This document shows positions 24,901-37,828 of a DNA stretch of 64,000 nucleotides, piece after piece. The notes under the pieces were generated by a model. That model was not told the origin of the DNA and searched no databases. It was given only the letters and a program-made list of their open reading frames with translations. Source of the DNA: Dicyema japonicum (taxonomy: Eukaryota; Animalia; Dicyemida); contig RDEW01000032.1 of the NCBI GenBank assembly GCA_011109175.1, forward strand, positions 238,749 to 302,748, in the 5' to 3' direction. Position 1 is the stretch's first letter; every line of letters begins with the position of its first letter. The translations under genes were made by a program, and so were the position numbers.

Positions 24901-27685
24901 ACAACTTCCTAAAAATGGCAAAGTCTTCAGGAAGCCCCCAAGAAGAGTTGATTCTTGCCTAAATGAGTGTACTCGTAAAATTGAACACAAACCTCCTCCC
25001 TTTTGAACTTCTTGAAAGATTCCAGACAAAGCTGGAACAGGGGAAGATCATTGACATCGGGATCATTTAATTAGACGATAAATCTTTCCTCTTCTTGTGT
25101 TCCCGAGGTTATAAAATAATCGCTAGTGAGATGCCATCCTGTCTCACATATATCCTTGTTGACTTTTTGGATCATATTCCTTTAAATTAAAAATTAATCC
25201 CATCATTGCTTCATAAAAGGTCAGCGATATCTTATAAATGGGGAGGGTCCCGATGATTTATCCTTTAATAAAGGAGTGTTGAAGAGGTTGGTTAATAAAA
25301 TAACTTGACGAGGTAAAAGTGAAATCCAGTCTGTTGAGCAGCACCGAGTTTGTTCCTATATTCTGTTCCTTCCTTCTTCGTTCAATTATCGTCTTCATGT
25401 GATCAATTTGTCTCAGTCCGCATCTATACCATGATGGCACAAAAAATGATCATTCGCTCTCATTTCACAGGTCATTGGAAGGAGTCCACAACTATAGTTT
25501 CGATGCACGTGTGTGCTAAGAAGACCCGTCATCTGCGTCCGTGACATAGAGAATTGAATATACTTAATTATTTGTTTATTGATAACTTCAGTCTCGGTTT
25601 ATTAAGGAGTCGATAAAATTTTAATTAGTAGACACATTATAAATATTAATAGTCTGTTATAAATAGAAAGTTATTTTATTTTTGGCAGGCTGGCTGATAG
25701 TTTCGACTACTGCGCTGGTGACTGTACTGTCGCTGGTGTGGTTATTGAGACAGTTGGCTGGCTAGCCCACCCGTAGGGCTTATGCCTGCTTCATAAAAGG
25801 AAAGCGAAGAGGGTGTCTTGCTTTATATTTTTCGTATCGTTCGTGTATATTTTATAAAATCGCTAGTTCAAATCCCATTTGGCGATTTAAATATAACGAC
25901 CAAAATTGTTTTAATGAAGTTTAAATCAGTGCTCAATCGATCACCTCTATGAAATATAACAGCTTTATCGAATAATTAATTGTTAGGTTACCCACATTGC
26001 ATGTTCAGTGCCGGCAGGCTATAATGGAACTTATGACAAATTAATCATATTTTAAGTGAATATAATTTAAAAAACAATCAATAATTAAATTAAATTAACA
26101 CAGCCAACCATCCAAAGTGGACCTCGCTGACATTATCGATGTTGCGTTACCTCGCACGGTTGCAACAGAGATCAACTGGAGAAGCCACCGGGTCTCACTT
26201 GCATCGTGGCTTTTTAGTGTAGCTAGGCGTCCAAGTTTTTTAGGGAAAGCGATTTTCCACTTATTCCTCCAGTTGTCTCGACCATGAAAAAAACTGACGT
26301 ATTCGTAATTTTTTTAATTTTTAAAAACTGCTGCAATTTCGCCTTCTACATTTATATAATTGGCCATATCTTAACCATACTAAGTCGTCAGCTCCAACTA
26401 CCAGCAAGATACAGATGCACATTCATCTTGATAATTTTTGACTTTTTGCTCGACAATCATCCTGTCAAGTGATATCCTAAGCGCAACAGATTGGATGTAA
26501 CCCCCTTATCAGGTTATCAATTGATAAAGCCTCCATATAATTCTCATATTACTTAGAGATCTCATGATGAAACAATCAGGATGACTCTACTGGATCCTCA
26601 TAAAGTGGAGTTTCCTCTTCATGTACACCGTTTTAGAAAACAGATCCATGAACAAATTTAGCTTAAATCACATAAAAATTAATTTTCTTAAATCACATAA
26701 ATATCAACACGTGGGATCACTGTATGCAATTGAAACAGAAAATTTACGAATATTGATTAAGACAACGCAAAAACATCCCGATTACCGCAAACTTATTGTT
26801 CTGAGATTTATCGAACTTAATCGAGTGATCAACGAATCTCCCATCTATTTACCAGGAAGATTGCTTCTGTTCTCCCATTAAGCAACACAAAGTTATCCAT
26901 CGTCTCTTTTTCTGTTTTTTCGTTCCAATCATCAGCAATAATATGAATTGAGACAAGAACTGGGCAGACATGTGAAAAGTCCTTATAAAACGTCTCTAAC
27001 TCCTCTATATAATTTCAGGAGAGGCACAAACTATTGTGTCCATGGCTTCTTTCAAAATGACTTCCAATTATTTTTGTCAAGTTTTAGACAAATTCATTAA
27101 AAAACATCACGAGATTTAACCAAAACGACTTTTTTAAGTAAAAAAGTCATTTATAAATATTATAAAAAACAGACATCACTTCATTCATAGGCGGAAGAGT
27201 TTTCATAATGGTAATTTTAATCAGTAAAGTTGGCCAAGAGATTTCAGGTAGATCCGTAATTTTTTGATAAATAAACGGATTTATCTCAATGAACGATAAT
27301 AAGGTGATAACAGTTACATTTATAAGAAGGATGTTTGGAGAGCAATTCACAAAAGAAAATATACACCGGCCTATTTTACCCCCAGTCTTTCAAGTGAAAG
27401 AAACTATAGCTGGCAAGAACGTAAAATACAAAAACAGACGCTCCCGTATAACCAATAAGGTGGTGTTGTGGGGAGGAAATTGAAACTGAACTAAGACATA
27501 ATGGGGACCTATCCGATCCTGGTAGAAGCGGGATTGATGGAGCAACGAATTCTACACAAAATTTAGAAATTTTTGACTAAAATTATAATTTAATAAATTA
27601 AGAATGCAGTTTTAGAAAGATAAAAAAATGCATAATCACTACATGATTTGTCGACGACATCATTTACTTCTCAATGCAATAGAAG

Positions 27686-27915
27686 TCGGCGATTTTTTTG
27701 CACTTCAAATTACCGGTACCCATGTAGAGATGCATGACCTTAGAGAACGGCCTGGCATAGTTCCACGCTTCGGTGATTTCTTTGCATTTCAGATTACCGC
27801 TACTCGATGTAGAGATGCATGACCTTAGAGAACGGCCTGGAATAGTGCCACGCTTCCAACGTGTGTATTTATGACCTTTGGGAGCGACCTGACATAGTGC
27901 CACACTTCCAACGTG
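27686..27915 (+). repeat. Short tandem duplication (84/85-nt units plus a third partial unit)
   Basis: TCGG(C/T)GATTT.TTTGCA.TTCA.ATTACCG...ATGTAGAGATGCATGACCTTAGAGAACGGCCTGG.ATAGT.CCACGCTT repeated at 27686 and 27770; a third ATGACCT...ATAGTGCCAC.CTT at about 27870. Confidence 0.85.
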
Positions 27916-28464
27916 AACATGGGGATCCCCAGTTTCTAAAACTCTTTTAACACGTTTTTACACGACTTACTCAGCCATGGAAGTAGGATTCATTGCTTCT
28001 AACACACGCTGACGATTTTATCATCCGAGTAGGAATGGATGCGTAAATATGGCAAAATCAGTTGATTATCTTCTAAAGTTATGTGTTTTGACTGCAAATA
28101 GGCCATGACCCATAATCCAGTAAAAGTGCGGCATTATTATCATCAAAAATCCGATATTTTGAAGGGCCAATATTGTCCTATGACCTTTTTCCTTCCTTCC
28201 ATATTCTATATTTCCTTAAATCGCAACATTTTATAACTTCCAGTCTTTTGCTTATTCTTGTAGAAATCAAATTCTTATATCAATGTGTCTCATAATAAGA
28301 TCCAGACAATGTTTCCATGGTGATAGGCCCACCTAATTTTTCGTTCAATGGAACATTCCAGAACATGTGCGTTACGGAATTAATTAGCCACTAAAGAAAA
28401 ACTTCAAATTAAAGGATTAATCATAAATAACAATAGTCAATCAAAAATAGAGGCAAATCAATAA

Positions 28465-28942
28465 TTACTCATAGATGAAGGGGTTAAGAATAGAATCCCA
28501 TTGAACAATCTCGTTTTCAGTGAACCAAATAGCAATTTCCGCATTAGCGCTAGCCACTGAGTCACTTCCGTGAATTATGTTCCTTCCCTTGTCGATTCCG
28601 TAGTCTCCTCTAATAGTTCCTGGTTTAGATTCCTGTGGGTCAGTCGCACCAATCATGATACGAGCAGCTTTAATCACGTTTTTCCCTTCAAAAACCTGAA
28701 TGTTTTATACATAAACCTACCATTGGCACAACAGGTCCCGAAGAAGACATGTACTCAATCATCCCAGGATAAAATGACAAATTTTTTAATTCTTTGTAAT
28801 GTTCGCTAAGAATTTCACTGGTTGGCCAAACAAATTTCATTGCCACTAGCCTGTAGCCCCTTGTCTCGAACCGAGAAATAATTTTTCCAACCAATCCTCT
28901 TTGAACACCATCAGGCTTGATCATAAGGAATGTCCGCTCCAT
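28465..28942 (-). CDS. NME: Nucleoside diphosphate kinase (150 aa, one 25-nt intron)
   Basis: Exon 1 28942-28721 [22 protein letters not shown]...GPVVPM; intron 28720-28696 GTAGG...TTCAG; exon 2 [18 protein letters not shown]...[22 protein letters not shown]...YE* with the catalytic HGSD motif. Confidence 0.97.
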
Positions 28943-29069
28943 TTTTTAATAACATCAATAAACGTGATAACTTTATTTAATCAGGTTAACCAACGTAGAA
29001 AAATTTAATTATTATTATTTCTATTAAATTCAAATATTAAATTAATTTATGTGTACTTTATTGTTTTTT

Positions 29070-29230
29070 GGGTGGCATATTGGTTGTGGTTAGGTGTCAG
29101 GCAAAGTGACTTAGGTTACGGGTTCGATTTTCGCTGCTGTTCACCTGATGGAAGGTTCCACGCATCTACGATGCTAAAAAGGCTTGACGAATGACTCCGT
29201 CATCAGTGGATTCTCACTGCGGAACTGGAT
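29070..29230 (+). mobile_element. tRNA-derived SINE-like element
   Basis: A-box-like TGGCATATTGG and B-box GGTTCGATT at tRNA-like spacing; the downstream body (TTTTCGCTGCTGT...AAGGTTC.ACGCAT...CCGTCATCAGTG) is shared with 36850-36985 (minus). Confidence 0.55.
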
Positions 29231-29457
29231 AGTCAAAAAAGACCACACACAAGAAAAAGAATATAGAACAGAAGATCATTCCTTGGTTCAACGATTAGTT
29301 AAAATTAACTGTTTTTTACTTAAATAAAGTGTGTGTCCTGCCTATGCGGAGCTATAAATACCACGGCTCCGTGAAATAGGCTGTTATTATTATTTTTTCG
29401 TATTTGATGATTTTTATTTCAAAAGTTCTGGTATTCGACGTTACTATTTTTTATTAA

Positions 29458-29775
29458 GCCGCGTGGCGCCATGTGGTGCTGCGTGGTTAATTGGTTGAAG
29501 TTTTCTGCTTGCTTGTCTGTTCCTCCTCTCTCTTCCTATTAGAGTGGCGTCATGTGATCCACCTGTCTAGGTGACGCCCAGTGCCAGGCCGACACGAAAA
29601 AGGATCATTTGCTCTTCCCCACTCCACTGGAGGGGTTTCCACAACGTCTTTCCTTTTGTGCTGATTCCGGATGGACTCTGTTTCTGTAGAAGTGGAAACT
29701 GGAACACTTAATTAGTTGTTTACTTTAACTTCTTTCTTGATGTATCCGGGGTTATTAAATTAAATAAAATAAAAT
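29458..29775 (+). repeat. Pseudoknot-core SINE-like repeat, subfamily A, apparently full-length
   Basis: Near-identical to 2203-2530; core at 29546-29607; CCGGGGTTATTAAATTAAATAAAATAAAA tail. Confidence 0.9.
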
Positions 29776-29999
29776 TAATTTAGCCTTATGTCATTTTTTC
29801 AAGAAAAATGCGTTTTCGATTCTTATTCCAAACTGTTAGTTTATGTCATCTTTTTGACAAGATAAACGTGCAACAGATCTTGGTCACCATTTTACTTATC
29901 AATAAGAGATCTGATACACATTAACTTAATCGTCTAGTCTTGAGGTTCTCATGGGCTGATTTTAGTAGGCTTGTGCTTCCATCTTCCTACAGTATCATC

Positions 30000-30600
30000 A
30001 TAGCTAACAACATTGATTACTGATGGAACGACTTTTAGAAAATCCTATTCAAAAAAAATTAAAATTAGACTAATCAACACTGACGAACCTGTCTGGCTGC
30101 TGAGAGAGCCAAGGAGACTGGTTTATGGATCTATGCTCCTCCTCAGATCGAATTTATTAAAAATCCCCATCAACGAAGATACTGTAGCTTCGGTATTTCT
30201 ATCTGGGATTGATTGAAAATTTGTAAGACATATGTTACGGAACCATCGATACCTATGAAACCCTGAATTTTTTCCGAATAAGGGTAGAGAGATTTCCGAG
30301 ACATAATTCATTAAATTATGCCTTTAAACTGTCAATCAACACTTTACACAACCTCTCCTAGTTGACAACAAACCAGTTTTCGAATGTCCATCACTTATAA
30401 AATGTCCATTTACCACGTCGAAAACGACTGATATATCGGAGAAACAAGCTTCATAACCGCTGTTCTCTTACAAGTAAGTCAGGCCAGAGTAACCTAGTTA
30501 ACTTTACTTTAAGTCAATATGACAATTAAGCCACTTGGAGATACCAAGAGACCCATCTAATTTTATGAACAGCACTGTTTTAACAAAATAAATTTAAGAT
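30000..30600 (+). mobile_element. Penelope-like element remnant (GIY-YIG region)
   Basis: GAAAACGACTGATATATCGGAGAAACAAGC = END*YIGETS, the GIY-YIG second motif; the surrounding frames are degraded. Confidence 0.5.
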
Positions 30601-31683
30601 TGTCGTTTTTATAAGTATTTGTAATTAAAAAATTCAAGCTATTTTTTGGGATTACAGTTACATTTTCCTAAACACGTCGGTTCATCATGTAAATCCATAG
30701 CAGTATGGTACATCAAGCGATGATATGGTAGCCGTATAGTCCCTCATGTAAATCCATATCTGCGCAAGTATCTCTATTTTAACTAATATTTGGGAAAAAA
30801 CATTAACTAATTGGTAAAATGCCATCATTTAAGTTGGTTACGGTTGAATAATGAGATATGGAATCGTACTTCAGCTCAGTGGCCTATAAGGAAAGCCACT
30901 AATAATGAACATGGATCTAAGACATGTTAAACTGGCATTAGAAGACGCAGGGATCTAGAAAGACTCAGAAAAATCTCAATCTCGAGAAGAGCGTGGAGGT
31001 GTCTAGCAGACCGGAGTGGTATTCCGTATCTTAAAGCTATAAATTAGTGACCTCACATTTCGAAGTGTTCAGCATTAGACCGAGGGACTCTATTTGGAGT
31101 ATTAAATTTCTCAGACAATCCAACTCATTCATTGGTTGGCTGTCCATAGTACAATCACCCAAATGGCACATGTTCAAAGATGTAACAACCTCGTGTGACA
31201 TATATCGAAGCTGAACAGAGCTTGTCTCAATGTGGTTTATAAAAGGAGCGATATCTTCACGCTGATTGAAATAAAATCACATTTTAACAGATATTAGGGT
31301 AAGTCTAAATAGAGGAGGTACATGAATACATTCTTTTGCCAGTGAAGTGGCAATAATTTACAATGCTAAGTAAAGATAATACCGATAGTAGTAACATGAG
31401 AAGTATAAAGTTTTATAAACACATAAATATTGGTTGCCACATTAAAAGTGGAAACTGATATCGATTTGGGATGATCAACCAAGGACATGCACTTGGACGG
31501 ATGCCGTTTGTTCAAAAGTCTGAACGAGGAAAGGAAATTTCACCCCGCAATGGTCCTATTTACTGCGAATTGTCTGAAAGTGGGTTGGCATGGGTCAAAG
31601 AGAAAACAAATTATTTGAAAAGATATTAATTCATTTTAGTAATAATTTGAAATTAAAATAAAAGACTCATAAAATGTGATATT

Positions 31684-32961
31684 TAAGGCGATTTTTATTT
31701 TGACTTTATAAATCGGAAATTTTGACCTAAGAAATTGACTTTATTGACTTTAAAATTCCAAAATTTTGACCTAAAAATTGACTTTATTGACTTTTAATTT
31801 TGACCTTTTTTGACTTTATGATAAATTTATATACAAAAAAATTTTTTAATATAAAAAACTAATCAAAATCTTTATTAAAATACAATGTAATTCGAAACGT
31901 TTTCGACAATAAAATTTCAATCTTTAGATAGTAATTTTTCCAAGAAAAACTTTTCTCAACTTATAATGTGGAAGACACTTTTTCAGATAGTTGTATACAT
32001 ATATTGAAATATGTTGTTCTTCCATGTTGTGATATAAAGCACTTGATTGACAATTAATCTTGATTCCATTACTACCTGATTCCACATAAATCGTCCCGAA
32101 ATGCAATATCTGAATGTGTTCAACAGTGTCTTCACGATCTATCGCAATATTCCTTAGAAAATCGTCAATTATCTTAACGATAACCGAAGAGTTAGCCGCA
32201 GAAGACAATGACGACAAGATATTAAAAATATTTTCTAGAGATCAGAAATTCTTCCAATAAGTGATTGACATATTTCTGTCCTCGAATATCAGTTTCGTAA
32301 ATCAAAACAAAAAATAACTCAATTCTTTCAAGCTGCTTCTGGCATAAATTTTCTACATTATTTCGGCAGGCGTAAGTAGAAAGAAGATTATGTCCAACAC
32401 TCTCAAACAAGTCTCGCAAGCTTTTACTGTTGACTTATGCAAGGGGATATCGGATTCGACAAAAGCCTAGTGACTTTATCGACCCATGTGTCGGCAGATG
32501 GGACGAGAAAATCAATGGGTTAATAGACACCTTTAAAATTGTAATAAACATAATAAACCTGCTAATTTGATATGAATCTTAAAAGATCTACATGATTCTA
32601 TAAAAATTGTTTTTTTGCAGTTACAAATGTCCCACATAAATTCAAAAAAGATTTCCATCAGGATATTTTTTAACAACAGACTTAATCTTTTAAATGTCAT
32701 TCTTGATTGAACGCGGCAACACGGTGACTGATGATAATTGACCCCACGCTAGTATTTTATTTAAAAACTCAAAAATTAAACAATAAAAAATAAAAATCAA
32801 TAAATTTTTGACCTTTTTTGACATTACACAAAATTTTGAGTTTTTTGATTTTATAACTTTTAATTAATATGATATTTTTTATTAAAAACTACATTTTTAT
32901 AAGTTTTAAACAATTATAAAGAACATATCAATTTTTGACTTTATTGACAAAAATCGCCCTA
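31684..32961 (-). mobile_element. Internally deleted hAT transposon (CGGBP1-like transposase group)
   Basis: Termini TA(A/G)GGCGATTTTT inverted at 31684 and 32961; 8-bp TSD GTGATATT/GTGATGTT (7/8); subterminal TTGACTTT arrays. Minus-strand fragments KYPDG...LCGTFVTAKKQFL, FVESDIPLHK and FVLIYETDIRGQKYVNHLL resemble CGGBP1-type motifs. Confidence 0.8.
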
Positions 32962-34524
32962 GTGATGTTCTTCAAGAGAACGATATTCTGTACCCATCTC
33001 TTCTATTAGACGTTTTAGAAGCAGTATTCTAAATTGATAAATTCCATTGAAAGAGTGACAGTTGAAAATTGAAGAGTGACAGTTAATAAGTGACAGTTGA
33101 AACAACATGGGTCCTGTCCCAAAATGCCTGGGCTCCACGTTGGGACAATTTTCAACCAGTCATTCCTAAGTAAGCTTTTCATACCTAGGCGGATCAGATA
33201 CCTTCATACGGAAGGTCACATTCTTTCCTTCACAATTTGTCTTTAGATTTTAGCCTGGTCCTCATTAAACTTCCTTGTCGGACCTCAACAAGATAGTTAT
33301 CTTTAGAGAATAACCTCGTATATAATAATAATGCACATTCGCAACAAGAGAGTTAGTCAATTGACGGCGCTTGCCGCACCCAGAAAATCTTTGCCGTCAG
33401 ACACATCTACGGTCCTATTGATAGTGTATATGTTCTGGTTGCTGATCACTTTCGGCTAGTGTGTGTCCAAGAGGGATTTAAGTTGTTTTATGTGAAAAGC
33501 ATTCAGGCTTTCAGTACAAGTTTAATTCAAACCAACGTTCCTGAATTGTACAACAAAATAAGCATAATAAATACATTTTATTTAAATTAAAAAATCGTTA
33601 AATTAATTAAATTATTTAAATTTAATATTTCTGCTTTATACGGCACTTTCCCATCAATAGACGATCGGATTCCTCTACAGAAATGAGAAAAGTCGTTTTA
33701 GTACAGTAGTGGGGAATGGAAGACCAAATACGTTTGATGGCGCAGTTGGCTCGGGAACTAAAATTACCTAACTGTTTGACGCTATTTCTGTCTTTCAATC
33801 CCTGTGATCTCGGGTTTTAAATAAATAATAGACGATTCTGGTATATGGAAGCAAGGCATCCCTACTATGGGAAGTTTGTATTCACCTAGCGCGCCACTGC
33901 TACGGTCACTATATCGTTGTACAAAACCATTCAATCAGAATCAGACGATCAGTTTCTTTGTTATCCTTTCTAGACGACTAGAAGACTGTCACCTCTTCTC
34001 TTTTCATGATCTTCCTTCTACTTATTAAGCATCACTTGACGAATCTCTTAAAAATCAACTTATGGTTACTTTCCTGTTAGCCACTGGTTTCCTTCACTTG
34101 AAGGGATCGGGGTTAAATAAATAAGGCGACTCGGAAGCAACCCTTGATAACAATTCCAGAATAATCCTATCACATACCTGGTCAGGATTTTTTAGCTTCT
34201 AGGATGGATCTGAATCCTGGCATCCTTACTGACCTTCTTCTGACTGTAAATATATGCTGTCGAGCCTATTAATTTCTCCTAGAGGTGGAGAAAGCTACCG
34301 TTCTTTAATAATTCTCTTAGACAATTTCTTAGTCCTTATTACAGATCTATCCTCTTGGCTCTTATGACGTCATTGACTAGAAAGCGCACAAAGAAAGCAT
34401 AAAACTTGTCAATTCCAGCCTTAACAAGGATGATTCGTCTCGATGCAGCCATCGAAGATCACAGTGGTTACTTAGGCTAATAGTCCCCCAATTAGTAGAA
34501 ATTGTTACCAAAAGACAAAATAGA

Positions 34525-35642
34525 TCATGTATTAATAGTATAGTTAATTCTCCTAGCGTTATGAATCCCCCTAAGGTCTTTCTTGACGATCTCCAATTGA
34601 TTGATGTATGGGTTGGCTGTGGTTGACTTAATCGTCTCCAAATGTGAGTTCAGCTTCTTAATGATCTCCTCAACGTTTTCATATATGGTATCAAGGTTCG
34701 AGGGATCAAGTGATGACTGATTGAGTTTTGTCCGTAAAATACAAGTCAGGGAGTTGAAGGCGGCGAATCTTTGAATCACTTTCTTATTGGAGTTTTTGAT
34801 CAATTTGCTCTTCAATTCGAAGATTTTGCAGATCTCGGAGGTCATGTCTTGGATCGTCTTCAATATGAGGATTTCGTCGAGATTCCTGGAAGTTTCTTTT
34901 TGCGGCTGTTTGACATTTTGAATATGTTTCTCAGATCGGTTCTCGAGTTTGATGACATTTTCCTTAAACTCTTTGATCATCTTCTGAGTCCTCGTGTTCA
35001 GTGCTATCAGAACCTTGGGATTTTCCTCTTCAAAGATTGCCAGCTGTTCCACCTGTCTAATTACATCGGGGACCAATTTGAGATCACTGACGATCTTTTT
35101 GATGCATTGGACTTTTTTAATGCTGATCGTGAACAACGTCGATTCCTCGGTACCCCAATTCCTCATTTCAATGATGCTGGATGTCTTTGTTATTATACTT
35201 TTTGATTCTCTGAACTGTTCTTGAATATCCTCGAATAACCTGTCTTTGTGAGGCAAGTCCTGGTTTATCTCGTTAATGATGTTATCTGTATTGCTTAGCA
35301 ATTCTATTAACTTGTCGTTCACATTGGAAAACTCTGACAGAAAATCATCCAATTCTATGTTTTTAGTGAGAAAGGTGGTCAGAGTTGAATTCAGAGTGTC
35401 AAATAAATCGAAAAATAAGCTAGTCTTGTATTTCAGCACTGTTTTGTGTTCATTTGAGATCAGACTAAGTGTATTCTCCTTCAAGTGTTGTACACATCAT
35501 ATTTAATTTTGTCGTACACATCTTCGGGCAAGCTGTCGTATAGGGTGTCGTATACGTCTTTATTAGTTATGTTTTTTAATTGATCTCCAATGTTGGCTGA
35601 AGGCTGGATATTCCTATTTCGGGAGATTTGCTTTTTCTTCAT
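34525..35642 (-). CDS. Unknown helical/coiled-coil protein, about 372 aa if one missing T is restored
   Basis: ATG at 35642 opens MKKKQISRN...DVYDTLYDSLPEDVYDKIKYDVYNT, then ACT TGA; adding one T (ACT TTG AAG) joins it to the 319-codon open frame ending at 34525. Confidence 0.7.
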
Positions 35643-36849
35643 TGTAGGTGGTAGTGTAATCCAAAACGATCGTTAATGTTCTTATATTACAGATACGTCA
35701 ATCTTAATCGCATCCGCAGATATCTACGGAATTAATCTTTAATTCCTTTACTTAATTGTACGTGTCTCCCTGACGACTGGAAAAAAGACTCGGGAGATCT
35801 AATAGATACTCTGACGAAGGGCTAAAGAAAATGGACGAAGCAGTCAACTTATTGTAAGCAGAAACGGCCATCAGTGAATGTAAAGCCAACGCATCGGGCC
35901 ATGACTTTTCGAACATGATCCTATTCAAAGAGAAACATGATTGTCTTAACCACGTGTCTGGAATACAATACTATCTCTATTATGAACTCTTATATTCAGT
36001 TCCTTAATAAATAGCTCTTAGTAAATGACTTTAAGATGACTTGATGACGAAAGGAAACCAATCGATGCATAGTGGAAGAAAGGATCGATATATTCAAAAT
36101 GATCAAAGGTCTCATGTCAGATTCTGAGACTCATTAAGGGATGCAGGGTTCCGTGAAGTTTCGTTGTATGTGTGGAGGATAGATACCCTTCACATACCCT
36201 CCTAATTTATTGTTTATATTACACTTGCTTTGTCAGCAGGATCTACCTTTGCGGAGCGTCCAAATGTTGACTGACTAAAGGAACTAAAAATACTCAGCTC
36301 ATAGATAATGATTTCGTTTCGTCCCAATCGCCTTCGTCGTTGCAGACATCTAAAGAACGATCACTGCACGGTTCTGAGACCCAAGGAGCGGTGATGTCTT
36401 CATACCTCATGAGATTAGTCAGGAAACTTTTCAACTGTTCGAAATCATGGTTACTTACTGCAAAGTATATTTAATTAACTAAAAGTAAAATAGACGACTT
36501 CCTACTGTCGGGAGAATATATCTTCACATTAAGTTAGTTTGGAGTGTCAGTCATGTCATGAAGATAATAAGTCTTATGAATGTCGGTTAACTAGAAATAA
36601 GCGACATTTTTTAAGAATGTTATGGTTTCGCTCAAAGTATTGTAATCGGAAATAGTTCTTGCATGCAGGCCTTTAACTAGCCTACCTATCTTAATTGCTG
36701 ATAATAATAGTAGGACCTTCGTGAGAGCCATAATTCGAGACCCGCACGTGCAGGACTTTTTTAAGAGTAAAGAACAATTATGCTAATTAATTATTGAAAA
36801 ATGACAAAGAAGTGTTTTAACTTGTTTTTATTGTTGCATATAAGTCCCC

Positions 36850-36985
36850 GTAGACAATTCGGCTTCCCATTGAGGCATCACTGATGACGGCGCCTATCGG
36901 AAATGCGTTGAACCTTTAGCCGGAATGTACAGCAGCGAAAAACGTCTGAATTTTGTCCAACACTTAAGACACTACGCCATCGTTT
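36850..36985 (-). mobile_element. Second, diverged copy of the SINE-like element at 29070
   Basis: The reverse complement contains TTTTTCGCTGCTGT, AAGGTTCAACGCATTTCCGAT and CCGTCATCAGTG in the same order. Confidence 0.6.
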
Positions 36986-37828
36986 ATTTGCTAAGTCGTC
37001 AATATATTTACTCTGCCACTTTTTTTACTTTTTAGTTTTTTATTTTATAAATATTATTAAAAAAGTTTCATAACTAACTTTAAATGCGAATAAAATAAGC
37101 GGCGTGGTGGTATTTTAATGTTCGTTCATCCGCAAAGTGGAAAATAAGTGACTTTGGATGCTACTTACGTTTCTCTCTTCAAAACTTATACAGAAAGTCA
37201 CTTGCCCTGTGTCAGTTACTACAAAGGCCGAAACGTTGGAACGAAAAAATTGTGAAATCTTAAGCTTTCAGTTCGTCCTTATGTCAGTCAGTGATCATTG
37301 GGACATAGTAGCCTTACCACACATCAGTGATTGTCAGAAAGAGGAGACACTGAGATGGTTGATAAAGTCACTTGTATGCAAATTTAATATCTGAGGTTTA
37401 GAGAAGTAGCATACGTTGTCTTCAGGAGACTAAACTGGTTAATGGTGTACTGTGAACATGAGAATTCCTCATTAATATTGATTGCTGGGGGTATTTGAAT
37501 GCCACAGTAAATACTCGGAGCTGGGTGGAGGAAACCTTCAAAGGGAAAGAAACACGTGAGAAATCTTTAGTCAAGTGAATAATTTATTCATCTGCAACAC
37601 TGCCTTCATCCAAAAAATGGACTACATAAGCTCTCTCGACAGGAAGAAGTCGATAGGTCATTAAGATTCACCTGAGTTGATCCCTGAGTTAAAAGAGGTC
37701 TAAATTAAAGTTAAAAAATGAGCCTAAAATAACATTTTGGGGATCAAATCTTGGTTTAGGACTGATCTCCGAGTAAGAAGAAATAGCGCATGGCAAAGTA
37801 AGATTATGTTTTATTAACAAGAAACATT

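Noticed and set aside
27686-27915. CRISPR-like array
   Set aside because: The units are long direct duplications without unique spacers, there are no cas genes, and the context is eukaryotic.
33050-33105. Triple GTGACAGTT as a regulatory array
   Set aside because: A short, imperfect local repeat with no adjacent gene or second occurrence to support a function.
34771-35506. Plus-strand ORFs opposite the 34525 gene
   Set aside because: Antisense shadows of a long open frame.
34525-35642. Assignment to p130Cas/BCAR1
   Set aside because: No SH3 domain, and the motifs are Y-D-x-L rather than Y-x-x-P; the similarity is too weak to name.
36865-36910. Hammerhead ribozyme candidate (CTGATGA...GAAA)
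   Set aside because: Only a 3-bp stem II forms; the GCAUC that could pair as stem III leaves no room for stem I, and no downstream cleavage triplet fits.
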